DNA of 63,754 nucleotides, counting the filler, from Octopus bimaculoides (Eukaryota): the NCBI RefSeq assembly GCF_001194135.2. It is 11 parts of 11 records of this genome, joined end to end, with 100 filler letters (N's around TTAATTAATTAA, not from the genome) between each part and the next. Parts side by side here need not be neighbours in the genome. Positions count along the whole stretch, not along the records: positions 28,532 to 42,134 come from NC_068981.1; positions 42,235 to 48,315 come from NC_068991.1; positions 48,416 to 49,474 come from NW_026415342.1; 8 more parts are not named here. One strand, 5' to 3'. Every line of letters begins with the position of its first letter. Position 1 is the first letter of the stretch. Positions 38,087 through 49,574 of the stretch are shown piece by piece. Both the position numbers and the translations under genes were made by a program. Below the pieces are notes generated by a model, which was not told the DNA's origin, made no database searches, and saw nothing but the letters and a program-made list of their open reading frames with translations.

Positions 38087-39860
38087 TTCGAAATTTGTCC
38101 CCAAGAGTTGGTGTCGTTATTTACGGTCAGTGTCGCTTGTTTGCTTGTTGAATTGTTACGGTTGTTGAATTGTTTAATATTGTTATTGTGTGTGTTTAAT
38201 ACACCACTGTTTTACTGCTTTGCGCGGTCCTGCTATCGTTTTCCTCTTGTTTGAGTGGGGAAGCGCTTTTGGTATAACATGAAAACTGGTTGTGAAAGGT
38301 TAAGTCTTTCTGACGTGGATTCGTCAGAGAGTGAATTGATGGAATTCTTGGAAAACATAGAGGAAGAGCTGTCAAGTGGAAAAAACATAATGAATGTTAA
38401 CAACAGGAAAAGTACCAAAAGTTTTGTGGCTGCGGTCGGCGCTTCGAAAGAGGAGTTAAAATTTGAAATGCAGGATTTAAAGAAGTTCAAGGACCTGTTG
38501 AAAAGGGAGGGGCACGTAGTTGAGCTGATTCCTTCCTAGCAGAGTTTATCAGGATACGTTGAAGAAAACAATAATATTTAAAACGTTTATAACCAAAGAG
38601 AAAAAAATAGATGTGGCAACAAGGGTCCAAATCGAAATTACGTACCTGACCAGGAGTAACAAATATGCTTCGGTGGAAGTGCGGTTTCAAACAGAGGAAA
38701 TGGCCAGGCAAACACTCCGTGGCCTACACTCCGTGTTTCTTCTACCATCATACTTTGGAAGGTGAACTTCCAGGGAAAGGATCGAAGAAATCCCACCAAA
38801 GGTGGATGTTGCCTGGCTGGTAGTGGCGATAACATTAGGCTTGGAGGAGAGGATAACAACCCTCCAAGCATCAAGAATACCAAAACAAAACTGGCTAGGA
38901 CAAGGGCCAGAGATGATCATCCAGGCCGCCCCGGAGGACACAGAAAGTATCATGGACACCATTTTGGCGAGTGACAAGAGCTTGAGGGTAGGGGTGGAGG
39001 GTAGTGGTGCTTCAAGTGTGGCCAGAAACATCACATAAGAGCAGAATGCCCTCCACCTCCCGCAAAAGCACCGATGGTACCTCCAGGAAGGAAACCGCAC
39101 CTCCACCTCATACGGCGACAAATACGGAGATGAAGGAGAAATGTGATGAGAAATAGATAAATGCACCAGAAGAGAACGAATGGACCAACGTCCCCAAGAG
39201 GAAAAGGAGAAAGAGGAGGAATAACCACTCTACGGATACTAGCCCCCACCCTACCCCACTGACACCGTCCCTCGCCCAACACCACCAGGCACTGACCCAG
39301 AACCTGCACACACAGATACACTTACAAACACACAGGAACATCACCACACCTCAATAAAACACGCTCGTATAACAGTACAAAGTATTGTTATACGAGGCAA
39401 GGAAACCAGCACTAGCGAAAAAGATAAAAGAATTAAAGTCAATCATAAAGGTGAACTTGCTGGGCGGGGGTGTTTCCCCTGATATAAGATGTGTGCTCAT
39501 TGATAGGGAGAGCCACTGTGAATTGAAAAAGACATTTGGGTCAGGCGTTGCTCCCTTGGGACTCACAACACAGTGATTTGGACGCACTTGTTATTGTAGA
39601 GTAACTGTTAAAAAAACGAGTGAAAAAGAGAGGAAGAGGAAAGAAAAAGAAAGAAAAAGAGACTCAATTTGTAAACGTTTTTAAAAAATTCATGAGGCTG
39701 CTTGGGATGTAGGGTTCGGAAAACTATCATTCCGTTTTTCATTTTTTGACGTTCCATTGTTTTTTCATTCGTTTTCCCCCCACCTTTTTGTTTTTGCTAT
39801 CTTGTTTGTCCTTGTGGTGTCCAATCTGTGTCTCGACCTTAATGGTTAATAAACAACAGA
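38087..39860 (+). mobile_element. ORF1-only non-LTR retroelement (HAL1/Tx1-like), copy 2
   Basis: Disrupted ORF about 38279-39576, homologous to copy 1 throughout (SLSDVDSSESEL / SSSDIDSSEGEL; IFKTFITKEK in both; CFKCGQKHHIRAECP at 39008-39049). Homologous 3' UTR with AATAAA at 39848. Gap-free, so no ORF2 can be hidden. Confidence 0.78.
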
Positions 39861-39883
39861 TTCGTAATTTGGGCGCATCAGGT

Positions 39884-40600
39884 ATGACCCGATTGTCAGC
39901 AGCGCAGAGAGAACAAGCTATCGGCTGATTGCAAGCAGGGCAGCGTGCCTTGGTTGTTGCGAAAACATACAATATCTATGCCAGCACCATCCATCGCCTG
40001 CAACAGCGATACAACAACACCAACAACACTGCAGACTGTGCTCGCAACGGGCGCCCACAGGTGACCACGCCCAGGCAGGACCGCTTCATCTACCTACAAC
40101 ACCTCCGTGATTGCTTCAGACCGGCCAGCATGACAGCTTGCGGGACCATTGGCGCTGGACAGCGACCCATCAGCGATGACACAATGCGACGTTGATTGGC
40201 CACCAATAATCTGCACTGCAGTCGTCGTGCTCGAGGGCTTGTCCTCACCGTCCGCCACCGTCAGGCACGATTACAGTAGGCTACACAGCACCGACGTTGA
40301 CGTTGACGAGAGCTAGTACTGAGTTTCCACCTCGGATGGCAGAGTGAGGGTGCGGCATAGGAGGAGTGAACGCTACAGAGACGCATGTGTTATGGAGAGA
40401 GACGCGTGGGGTGGCCAACGCATCATGGTTTGGGGTGCTATAGGCCTGAATCAGAGAATTGGGCCCTAATGTGTTCCAAAATGTTGGTGCAGGTAGAGGG
40501 AAAAGCATCACAGCGCATCGTTACGTTGATCAGGATCCTAAGACATCACATCGCGCACTTCTTCGCGCATCACCATAGCCACGTGTTCCAGCAGGACAAT
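39884..40600 (+). pseudogene. Tc1-family transposase, disrupted and 3'-truncated
   Basis: MTRLSAAQREQAIG*LQAG..VAKTYNIYASTIHRLQQRY..GRPQVTTPRQDRFI (paired-like HTH), DGRVRVRHRRSERY, IMVWGAI, FQQDN. Confidence 0.9.
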
Positions 40601-41008
40601 TAGAAAGTTAAAAAAGTGATTTTTAAATTCTCAAACGCAGGATAATGCTAATAATATAGCCTGAACAGGATAAGCTACCCCTATTTTGCAGAAAAAAGTT
40701 TTGGCGGCTGGCTATGAAACACGAACTTACACTTCCGTGATTACGCGTCACGGTGCTCTAAACCATTAAGCTAAATCGCCCCCACAACAAATTCTTCTGC
40801 AAATTTAAGATGTATAGAAATCTCGCTTTATGTGACACTATCATACGTTAAATTCAAATTACGATGAACGTAAACAAACAAATGAAGTTTGCTCTTAGAA
40901 GCGTTGAGATGTCTTAGCAAGTTAAAGAAGTGATTTTATATTCTCAAACGCAGGATAATGCTAATAATATAGCCTGAACAGGATAAGTTACCCTATTTTG
41001 CAGAAAAA
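40601..41008. repeat. About 95-bp direct repeats (40601-40696, 40915-41008), period 314 bp
   Basis: aagttaaa(a/g)aagtgattt...ttctcaaacgcaggataatgctaataatatagcctgaacaggataag...ctattttgcagaaaaa occurs twice. Confidence 0.92.
40703..40782 (-). pseudogene. tRNA-like sequence (Thr-like anticodon arm) followed by a T6 run
   Basis: GGCGATT TAGCTTAATGGTTTAGAGC A CCGTGA-CGCGTAA-TCACGG AAGT GTAAGTTCGTG. D-stem and anticodon stem pair; T-stem and acceptor stem are degenerate. TTTTTT lies immediately downstream. Confidence 0.6.
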
Positions 41009-42239
41009 TATAAACCAACACCAGTTGTCAAGTGGTTGTGGTAAACATAGACAGAAATACACATGCATGCACAAATAAATATATCTTATAATTCTGCTTG
41101 TCATTCCGTTACTTAGCCCATCCATAATGCTTTCACATGATTAGAGAAAAAGAGGGAGAGAGAAGTGTCTATGATGTGAGGTAGAGGGAATGTAATTGTA
41201 ACACTTTCAAGTGATTAGTTGAAGGAAAAGAGAGGAGAAAGAAAAAGGAGAGAGAAAAAAGAAAAAGAGGATAAGGCGAAGATCGAGACTGAAAGAGAAA
41301 GAAAGAAAAAGGGGGAGAGAGAAGCATCCATGATGTAAGGAATGGGGAACGTAATATTTATTACGTGGTTAAAAAGTTAGTTGATGGTAGTGATGATATA
41401 GAGGAGGAAAGTTAAAAATATAATTTTTGCAGATGGGTGATGTTCTTTCTGATGGTGAGGTTAAAGAAAGGCAGAGAGAGAAGGAAGAGAGAGGAGGGAA
41501 ACAGAGAGGGGGAGAGAGATGATGGAGATGGTGGTGGCAGTGGTGATTGGATAGTGAAAAGTGTATTTTTTTTTTAATTGAACCTAGTTTTTTTTTATAT
41601 CACCTATCACTTATTGCATGTGCATAAGTGCAATTCTGTGAAATATTCATGCTTATTTACATGGCAGGTATATGCAATTTAACTAAAGGTTGTATCATAT
41701 GTACGGGATATATTTTTTTGTTTATTGGAAAAATAAGAGTGAATATGTATTATATGAATGCTGTGTATTAAGTTTATAAAATTGTGCATAATGTATATAA
41801 AGTGCATTAAGTGATCATTATATTCCAAATTCATTCACTTTTCAATGAGTAGCAGATGAGTGACTATCTTTCCATACAGACACAACACAGGCTACACTTT
41901 CAGGTTTTTTGGATAAAGTTTCCAGAAATAACTCGATAGGTTTATCATGAATTCTGTAAAATATTCATGGGCCCCACTAGTATACATATAATGGGCTTCT
42001 TTCACTTTCTGTCTACCATATCCACTCACAAAACTTTCGTTCCCACAGAGCTATAGTAAATGACATTTACATAAGGTGTCATGCAATGGGACTGAACCCA
42101 CAACTAAGTGGGAGGGAAGTAAAATGAATATATANNNNNNNNNNNNNNNNNNNNNNNNNNNNNNNNNNNNNNNNNNNNTTAATTAATTAANNNNNNNNNN
42201 NNNNNNNNNNNNNNNNNNNNNNNNNNNNNNNNNNAATGT

Positions 42240-42490
42240 ACGTGTGGATGTGCGTGGTTTTATGTTTTAGGTGTTGCATTCTTGATCGTAAGGTCGTGGT
42301 TTCGATTCCTGCACCAAGCGATGCATTGGGTTCTTTAGCAAAACGCCTAATTTCACGTTGCTCCAGTGTACTCAGCCGGCAAAAATGAGGAATCCTTCGA
42401 TGGACCGGCGCCCATCCAGTAAGAGAATGTCTATGCCACAGAATCCAGGAAACCAACTTTATAAGTCTATTGGCTCGAGAAGGATCTTTN
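42240..42490 (+). mobile_element. tRNA-derived SINE, separate family (V-SINE-like core)
   Basis: B-box-like GGTTTCGATTCC, then 'cgatggaccggcgcccatccag', which resembles the V-domain motif. Confidence 0.55.
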
Positions 42491-43920
42491 NNNNNNNNNN
42501 NNNNNNNNNNNNNNNNNNNNNNNNNNNNNNNNNNNNNNNNNNNNNNNNNNNNNNNNNNNNNNNNNNNNNNNNNNNNNNNNNNNNNNNNNNNNNNNNNNNN
42601 NNNNNNNNNNNNNNNNNNNNNNNNNNNNNNNNNNNNNNNNNNNNNNNNNNNNNNNNNNNNNNNNNNNNNNNNNNNNNNNNNNNNNNNNNNNNNNNNNNNN
42701 NNNNNNNNNNNNNNNNNNNNNNNNNNNNNNNNNNNNNNNNNNNNNNNNNNNNNNNNNNNNNNNNNNNNNNNNNNNNNNNNNNNNNNNNNNNNNNNNNNNN
42801 NNNNNNNNNNNNNNNNNNNNNNNNNNNNNNNNNNNNNNNNNNNNNNNNNNNNNNNNNNNNNNNNNNNNNNNNNNNNNNNNNNNNNNNNNNNNNNNNNNNN
42901 NNNNNNNNNNNNNNNNNNNNNNNNNNNNNNNNNNNNNNNNNNNNNNNNNNNNNNNNNNNNNNNNNNNNNNNNNNNNNNNNNNNNNNNNNNNNNNNNNNNN
43001 NNNNNNNNNNNNNNNNNNNNNNNNNNNNATATATATATATATAATCGATAGGTGTGTCTCTGCGTTACTTGGCCGCAGATAACTTTCTTAATGAAAACAC
43101 AAGAAAACCGTTTGATCTTCGCCAAGCGGTTATTTAACATCATAAAAAAACATCTCACGTACATGGTATTTTGGTTATTATTTCATGGGAAATATTGCGG
43201 CAATGACCAAAAGTAATTTCGAACTATAAATCACCGATCTGTTTGAATTAAATGCTATATTATTCTTAAATAGTTACTGTTTACGAATATTGTTGAAATC
43301 CTTTATGAATATCGTTGAATATTATCTTTCCTTGCCCTTTGACAGTTGTAAATTCTGCCGCTGGCTCTGCATACACAAATAGCTATATGCATATACAAAC
43401 GCATGCATCTTTACACTCATATGCGTGTATTTATACTCATGCAGCTACGCAAACAAACGACTTATTAGTATACTGATTAGTTATTCATTTATAAACATAC
43501 CTTCTCTCGTACATATAAATACACTCTCGCTCACAACTCTACACAGAGATGTCTTAACAATATGATAGGCCCTCTGGCAAGTCCAAGCACTGTACCATAT
43601 AGTGTTTATCTATTTATTGACAGCAGATATAGATCCGATGTAGGCCCCCAAGATCCGTGAGGCCCCCGGGCCAACGGCTAGTGTGCCGATGACTAAAATC
43701 TGCGTGGATTCTACAACCTATCTTTCCTTCTCTTACATATTCGCGTGGAAGTACTATCACATATTGCATGTACTCGCTTACACACACACACACACACAAC
43801 TCACTGACTTCCTGTCCGTATGTCTGTTTCTCTGTTTGTCTGTCTTCTTGTTGTTTGTCTGTCTTCTTGATTGCCTGTCTGTCTGTATGTCTAGTCTGTA
43901 TGTATGTATGTATGTATGTA

Positions 43921-44430
43921 TCTTTAATCTTGAACTTGTTTCAGTCATTAGACCGTGGCCATGCTGGGGCACTGCCTGGAAGAATTTTTAGTCGAATAAA
44001 TCGACCCCAGCACTTGTTTTTTAAAGTCTGGCACTTATTTTTGTTGGTCCCTTTTGCCTTACCGCTGAATTATGGTGACGTAAACAAACCAGCACCGGTT
44101 GTCAAACAATGGTGGGGTACAAACATAGACAGAAGGACACAGACAGACTCACATACACACACACACGCACACAAACATACACAGGGCCACACACACACGC
44201 ACACAGACAGACAGATAGACACGCACACACAGTCACACACACATACACACACCCGCACGCACACACATACGACAGGCTTCTTTTAGGTTCTGTCTACCAA
44301 ATCCACTCACAAGGCTTTGGTTGGCCTGAGCTGAGACTATAGTAGAAGACACTTGCCCAAGATGTCACGCAGTGAGACTGAACTCGGGACCATGTGGTTG
44401 GAAAGCAAGCTTCTTGCCACATAGCTACGT
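43921..44430 (-). mobile_element. Full-length SINE family B with expanded internal (CA/GA)n
   Basis: Reverse complement collinear with 26972-27390. Confidence 0.85.
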
Positions 44431-45980
44431 CGGCAGTATGTATATACGTTGAATTTCAAGCGCCATTCATGCGATGAGTTGCCACTCTGTGAGATTAAGT
44501 CTTCTGTCGAGATGTGACCAAGTCTCACAATGTCACGTAAAGGATTCGAACGTCAATTCTCATGAATGCCAAGCGAACTTCTAGACAATTCGGTCGTGCT
44601 GCATCCACACGCAAACACGTAGNNNNNNNNNNNNNNNNNNNNNNNNNNNNNNNNNNNNNNNNNNNNNNNNNNNNNNNNNNNNNNNNNNNNNNNNNNNNNN
44701 NNNNNNNNNNNNNNNNNNNNNNNNNNNNNNNNNNNNNNNNNNNNNNNNNNNNNNNNNNNNNNNNNNNNNNNNNNNNNNNNNNNNNNNNNNNNNNNNNNNN
44801 NNNNNNNNNNNNNNNNNNNNNNNNNNNNNNNNNNNNNNNNNNNNNNNNNNNNNNNNNNNNNNNNNNNNNNNNNNNNNNNNNNNNNNNNNNNNNNNNNNNN
44901 NNNNNNNNNNNNNNNNNNNNNNNNNNNNNNNNNNNNNNNNNNNNNNNNNNNNNNNNNNNNNNNNNNNNNNNNNNNNNNNNNNNNNNNNNNNNNNNNNNNN
45001 NNNNNNNNNNNNNNNNNNNNNNNNNNNNNNNNNNNNNNNNNNNNNNNNNNNNNNNNNNNNNNNNNNNNNNNNNNNNNNNNNNNNNNNNNNNNNNNNNNNN
45101 NNNNNNNNNNNNNNNNNNNNNNNNNNNNNNNNNNNNNNNNNNNNNNNNNNNNNNNNNNNNNNNNNNNNNNNNNNNNNNNNNNNNNNNNNNNNNNNNNNNN
45201 NNNNNNNNNNNNNNNNNNNNNNNNNNNNNNNNNNNNNNNNNNNNNNNNNNNNNNNNNNNNNNNNNNNNNNNNNNNNNNNNNNNNNNNNNNNNNNNNNNNN
45301 NNNNNNNNNNNNNNNNNNNNNNNNNNNNNNNNNNNNNNNNNNNNNNNNNNNNNNNNNNNNNNNNNNNNNNNNNNNAAAAAAAAAAAAAATAAATAAATAA
45401 ACAAATAAATAAAGAGAACATCCCTTCGACTTAAATACCATTACAACTGCCACAAACATCGCTTGCCATCGCCACGACCGCCATCAACATTCGCTTCCTC
45501 CTCCACCTCCTCCTCCTCCTCCTCCTCCACATCATCGTCATCGTCATCATCATCATCATAACCACCACCACCACCACCGTCGTCATCATCATCATCATCA
45601 TCATCATGCTGAGCAGCTGTACAAATACCAACATCGATTTACTGTGAATTCTTTACATTTTCCAATTTTAGTCAACTCGGAAACACCGATTAAGAATGTA
45701 AAAGTGCTTTTCTTTCTTTTCTTTTTCTTCTTCTTTTCCTTTTGTTTTTTTGTAATATAAATAATCCTTTCTACTACAGGCACAAGGCTTGAAATTTTAC
45801 GGGAGGGCAGGTGTGTGTGTGTGTGTGGGGGGCTAGTCGATTACATTTACCCCAGTACTTGATTGGTAGTTTATTTTATTGACCACAAAAAGCATGAAAG
45901 GCAAAGTCGTCTGCGACGAAATTTGAACTCAGAAATTGAAGACGAAGGGATAACAACAACAACAACAACAACAATAATAA

Positions 45981-46515
45981 ATGCCCGGATGCAGTACCCG
46001 GCATCGACTCTCATGGCTTCTTATCTTAACTGATTGGAAGTGTTGTTATGTACATTGTTTTGTCTTCATGTAAAAGATGGGCTACAGCAAATAGTCTGCT
46101 CAATACCACAGATTTGCTTGTCAGTTGTTTGACCTTAACCAGTTGAGTATGTCCCTTGGTGGCTGATGATATGTGCATCTCTGATCACGAGCAGAAGTAG
46201 TGGGGGAGCATTATAGCCATGTGTTGATAATTCACCTCTGTAAACATGAATGTTTCGTTCAACATCCTTAAACAAGCCTTATTCAGCGACCTTTTGAGCG
46301 GGATGGGTTTCTCGGCATGAAGAAAATTCTAAGTGGGCGCCCACCTGCAAATTCATGCACTGTCTATCTTGACATGAGATCACCATATCGCGCACATATG
46401 GTTGTGATGTGTGTGCCTGGTGTAGCCTTATCAGACGGGTAGTCATAATGGATATACTGAGCTTTGTATATTTTACCCCAGTGTCACTTTGATGGCATGC
46501 ACTGCTCTCTCACTC
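45981..46515 (+). repeat. About 535-bp non-coding interspersed element flanked by (AAC/AAT)n
   Basis: Complex sequence sharply bounded by trinucleotide arrays on both sides, with no ORF. Repeat status is inferred from this structure only. Confidence 0.5.
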
Positions 46516-46560
<45 letters not shown>

Positions 46561-46561
<1 letters not shown>

Positions 46562-46785
46562 GGATCTCTAGGAATGATAAAAAGAAAGGTACTGAAACCT
46601 ATTTGAAAATGATACCAGGCTTACCATCCCTACAGGAAATGCAAAAAATCGTGTTAACTGGAACGACTCATGTACTGAGAAGAGCATTATTACTGTGAAA
46701 ACAACATCCATTCATGAATTTTTTGTTTTTTTAAATACATATTTTACCTGTGAATTTGCGTGTGTAAACTGGGAATGCATACAAC
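46561..46785 (+). mobile_element. 3' tip of an R4/Dong-type (RLE) non-LTR element
   Basis: MIPGLPSLQEMQKIVLTGTTHVLRRALL*, the typical C-terminus of RLE elements, directly after (AAT)15. Confidence 0.75.
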
Positions 46786-47165
46786 NNNNNNNNNNNNNNN
46801 NNNNNNNNNNNNNNNNNNNNNNNNNNNNNNNNNNNNNNNNNNNNNNNNNNNNNNNNNNNNNNNNNNNNNNNNNNNNNNNNNNNNNNNNNNNNNNNNNNNN
46901 NNNNNNNNNNNNNNNNNNNNNNNNNNNNNNNNNNNNNNNNNNNNNNNNNNNNNNNNNNNNNNNNNNNNNNNNNNNNNNNNNNNNNNNNNNNNNNNNNNNN
47001 NNNNNNNNNNNNNNNNNNNNNNNNNNNNNNNNNNNNNNNNNNNNNNNNNNNNNNNNNNNNNNNNNNNNNNNNNNNNNNNNNNNNNNNNNNNNNNNNNNNN
47101 NNNNNNNNNNNNNNNNNNNNNNNNNNNNNNNNNNNNNNNNNNNNNNNNNNNNNNNNNNNNNNNNA

Positions 47166-47830
47166 TTTATACAACAGCACAAAGAAATTGCTGAAGACAG
47201 TGAATAAACAACAAATGATCAAGTGTGGAATAGGAAAAAAGGACAAAAATGAAGTCCAAAGAGAACGTATTAAATAGATTGAAGCTTTGCATGGTCAGTT
47301 TTGGAAAGCCAATGAAGATATACGCTGAACAAAATTCTGGTCTTGGTTCATTAAAAAAAAGGAACAAATAGCCTAATTGTAGCAGCTCAAGATCAAGCAA
47401 TAAAAACAAACAACTTGAGAAAATATGCGTCTGGAGAGATGTCAGAAAAATGCAGTGTGTAGAATTTGGAATGAGACAGTGGTACACATTGTTGCAGAAT
47501 GTTCCAAGTTGGCCCAGGGAGACTATAAGAAACGGAGGTATGACCAAGTTGTGAAAGTTTTACCTTGGAAGATTTGAAGCTGGAGATACATGGCATGACA
47601 ATCGGGTTGAAAGAGTGCTGGAGTGGGAGAAATGCACAATTTTATGAGATTTTTCTATTTAAATGGATAAGAAGCTAGAAAATAGTAAACAAGACATAAA
47701 AATAATAGGCAAGGAAAAGCGACGCTGCTTTCTTATTGATCCGTCGTGTCCGTTTGATTTTAGGATTGTAAAGAAAGAGGATGAAAAAAAAATACAACCT
47801 CTTAAAATTTGAAATTACAAGAATTTGGAG
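47166..47830 (+). mobile_element. Decayed R4/Dong-type element: zinc knuckle and restriction-like endonuclease
   Basis: ALHGQFW, LIVAAQDQAIKTN, ETVVHIVAECSKLAQGDYKKRRYD, IL*DFSI, FLIDPSCPFD..KKEDEK. Confidence 0.85.
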
Positions 47831-48469
47831 TATGAAAACTGTAAAAGTTGTGCTATAGCTTTATGTGTATACTTCGAGATATACTATTCCAAAAAAAAAG
47901 AAGAAAAGAAAAGGAAAAAAGAAAAGAAAAAGAAAATAGAATTATTTCACGTTTTCTCAAGAGTTTGTAAAATTCGTAAGACGTCAATACATACATACAC
48001 GCATGCATGCATGCAAACAAGTGTACATAGTTATGAACATCTGCTTCGAAAACGCCACCTTAAATTTACAATTATGGCAATAATAATTTGTGCATTTGGT
48101 TTTGTGAGTAAAATGGACTTTAAGAAAAAGAAATCAAACAACTAACTCGCACATTACAAATACAATCTGTAAGTCGAACAGTAAAAATATGCATGAGTTT
48201 TCTTTCTCAAGTTTAAAATGTGACATTGTTTTCGTGATCTACATTCCAACAATGCTTCTTTACTTCTTTGTTAGGAACCAGCTCCTTCGTCACGGAAAGA
48301 GTTTAAATAATCAAANNNNNNNNNNNNNNNNNNNNNNNNNNNNNNNNNNNNNNNNNNNNTTAATTAATTAANNNNNNNNNNNNNNNNNNNNNNNNNNNNN
48401 NNNNNNNNNNNNNNNATAAATACATACGTACATACATGCATGGCCGTCCACTTGTAATTGAGGAATACC

Positions 48470-49474
48470 ATTGTGCATTCTAGGACTAACTTGTATTTTG
48501 CATTTGCAGCAGCTCTGTTGGTGCCTAACAAACCCTGCTCTTGACAAACATATACGATTGCAAACATTGCAAACCAAACTTTCCCCATTCACTACACCAG
48601 CAGTGCGCTTTCAAGCAGCACGTTTAAGTTCTTCATGCAGACTACATGCTCTCTCAAAAGTGTCGGCCCCCTCTTTAACCGGCTTCCACTTTCTGTGGTG
48701 ATGACAAGCATTGTTCTCCCATTCAGTCTCCTGCATATCACAGGCCTTTAATGAGGACTTCACACAGTCCTTAAATCACAGCCTTAGTTTATGCTGGGCT
48801 TCTCTTTCCATTGACATGTTCCCAATATAGCATCTGCTTAGGGATCCTGCTATCCTTCATTCTAATAAGGTGTCCAGTCCAACGTAACATGGTGCTTGTG
48901 CACCATTGCCTCAATACTCAAGTTATCAGCTTTTTCTAGGTTTACTCCGATAGCGTTTCCCGCTGCAAGCTCACCATAAAACAGATGTTTCGGCATGGGT
49001 TCATCTGCCATTTGAGCAATATGGCAACACCATCACATTTCGTTCCTCAAAATCATAGCTTTAATTGAGGTGATGCCTGCAGATGTAAGGTTATCTGTGT
49101 TTGGAGTAAAAGAACACCATTTAATTTTTAAAATGTGATGAAGACATCTTTGGTGAAATTGTTCTAACAATTTTAAATGCTTTTCATAACAAATCCAAGT
49201 TTCACAGGAATACAACAGGGACTGTAAGACAAATGATTTGTAAAGAGCCAGCTTTGTATTCTTATTTATATGTCGCTGGCACCAAATGCGGGACTCCAAG
49301 CCACCAAATGCTTTTGCTGCCCTTTGAATTCACAGCTGTATTTCTGTATGAAGATTTCCCTAATTTTGGAATAGAGCTTCCAAGGTAGATGAACGAATCG
49401 ACAACCTTAAGCAACTTATCCTTAACAAAAACTTTAGTGGGGTTACAAACAAAACTACACACAAGTTGATGCAT
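48470..49474 (-). mobile_element. RTE-clade LINE, 3' kilobase
   Basis: FIYLGSSI, TKLALYKSFVLQSLLYSCETW..LEQFHQRCLHHILKIKW, MPKHLFYGEL and a C-terminal CNVCNRICLSRAGFVRH zinc finger. Confidence 0.9.
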
Positions 49475-49574
49475 NNNNNNNNNNNNNNNNNNNNNNNNNN
49501 NNNNNNNNNNNNNNNNNNTTAATTAATTAANNNNNNNNNNNNNNNNNNNNNNNNNNNNNNNNNNNNNNNNNNNN

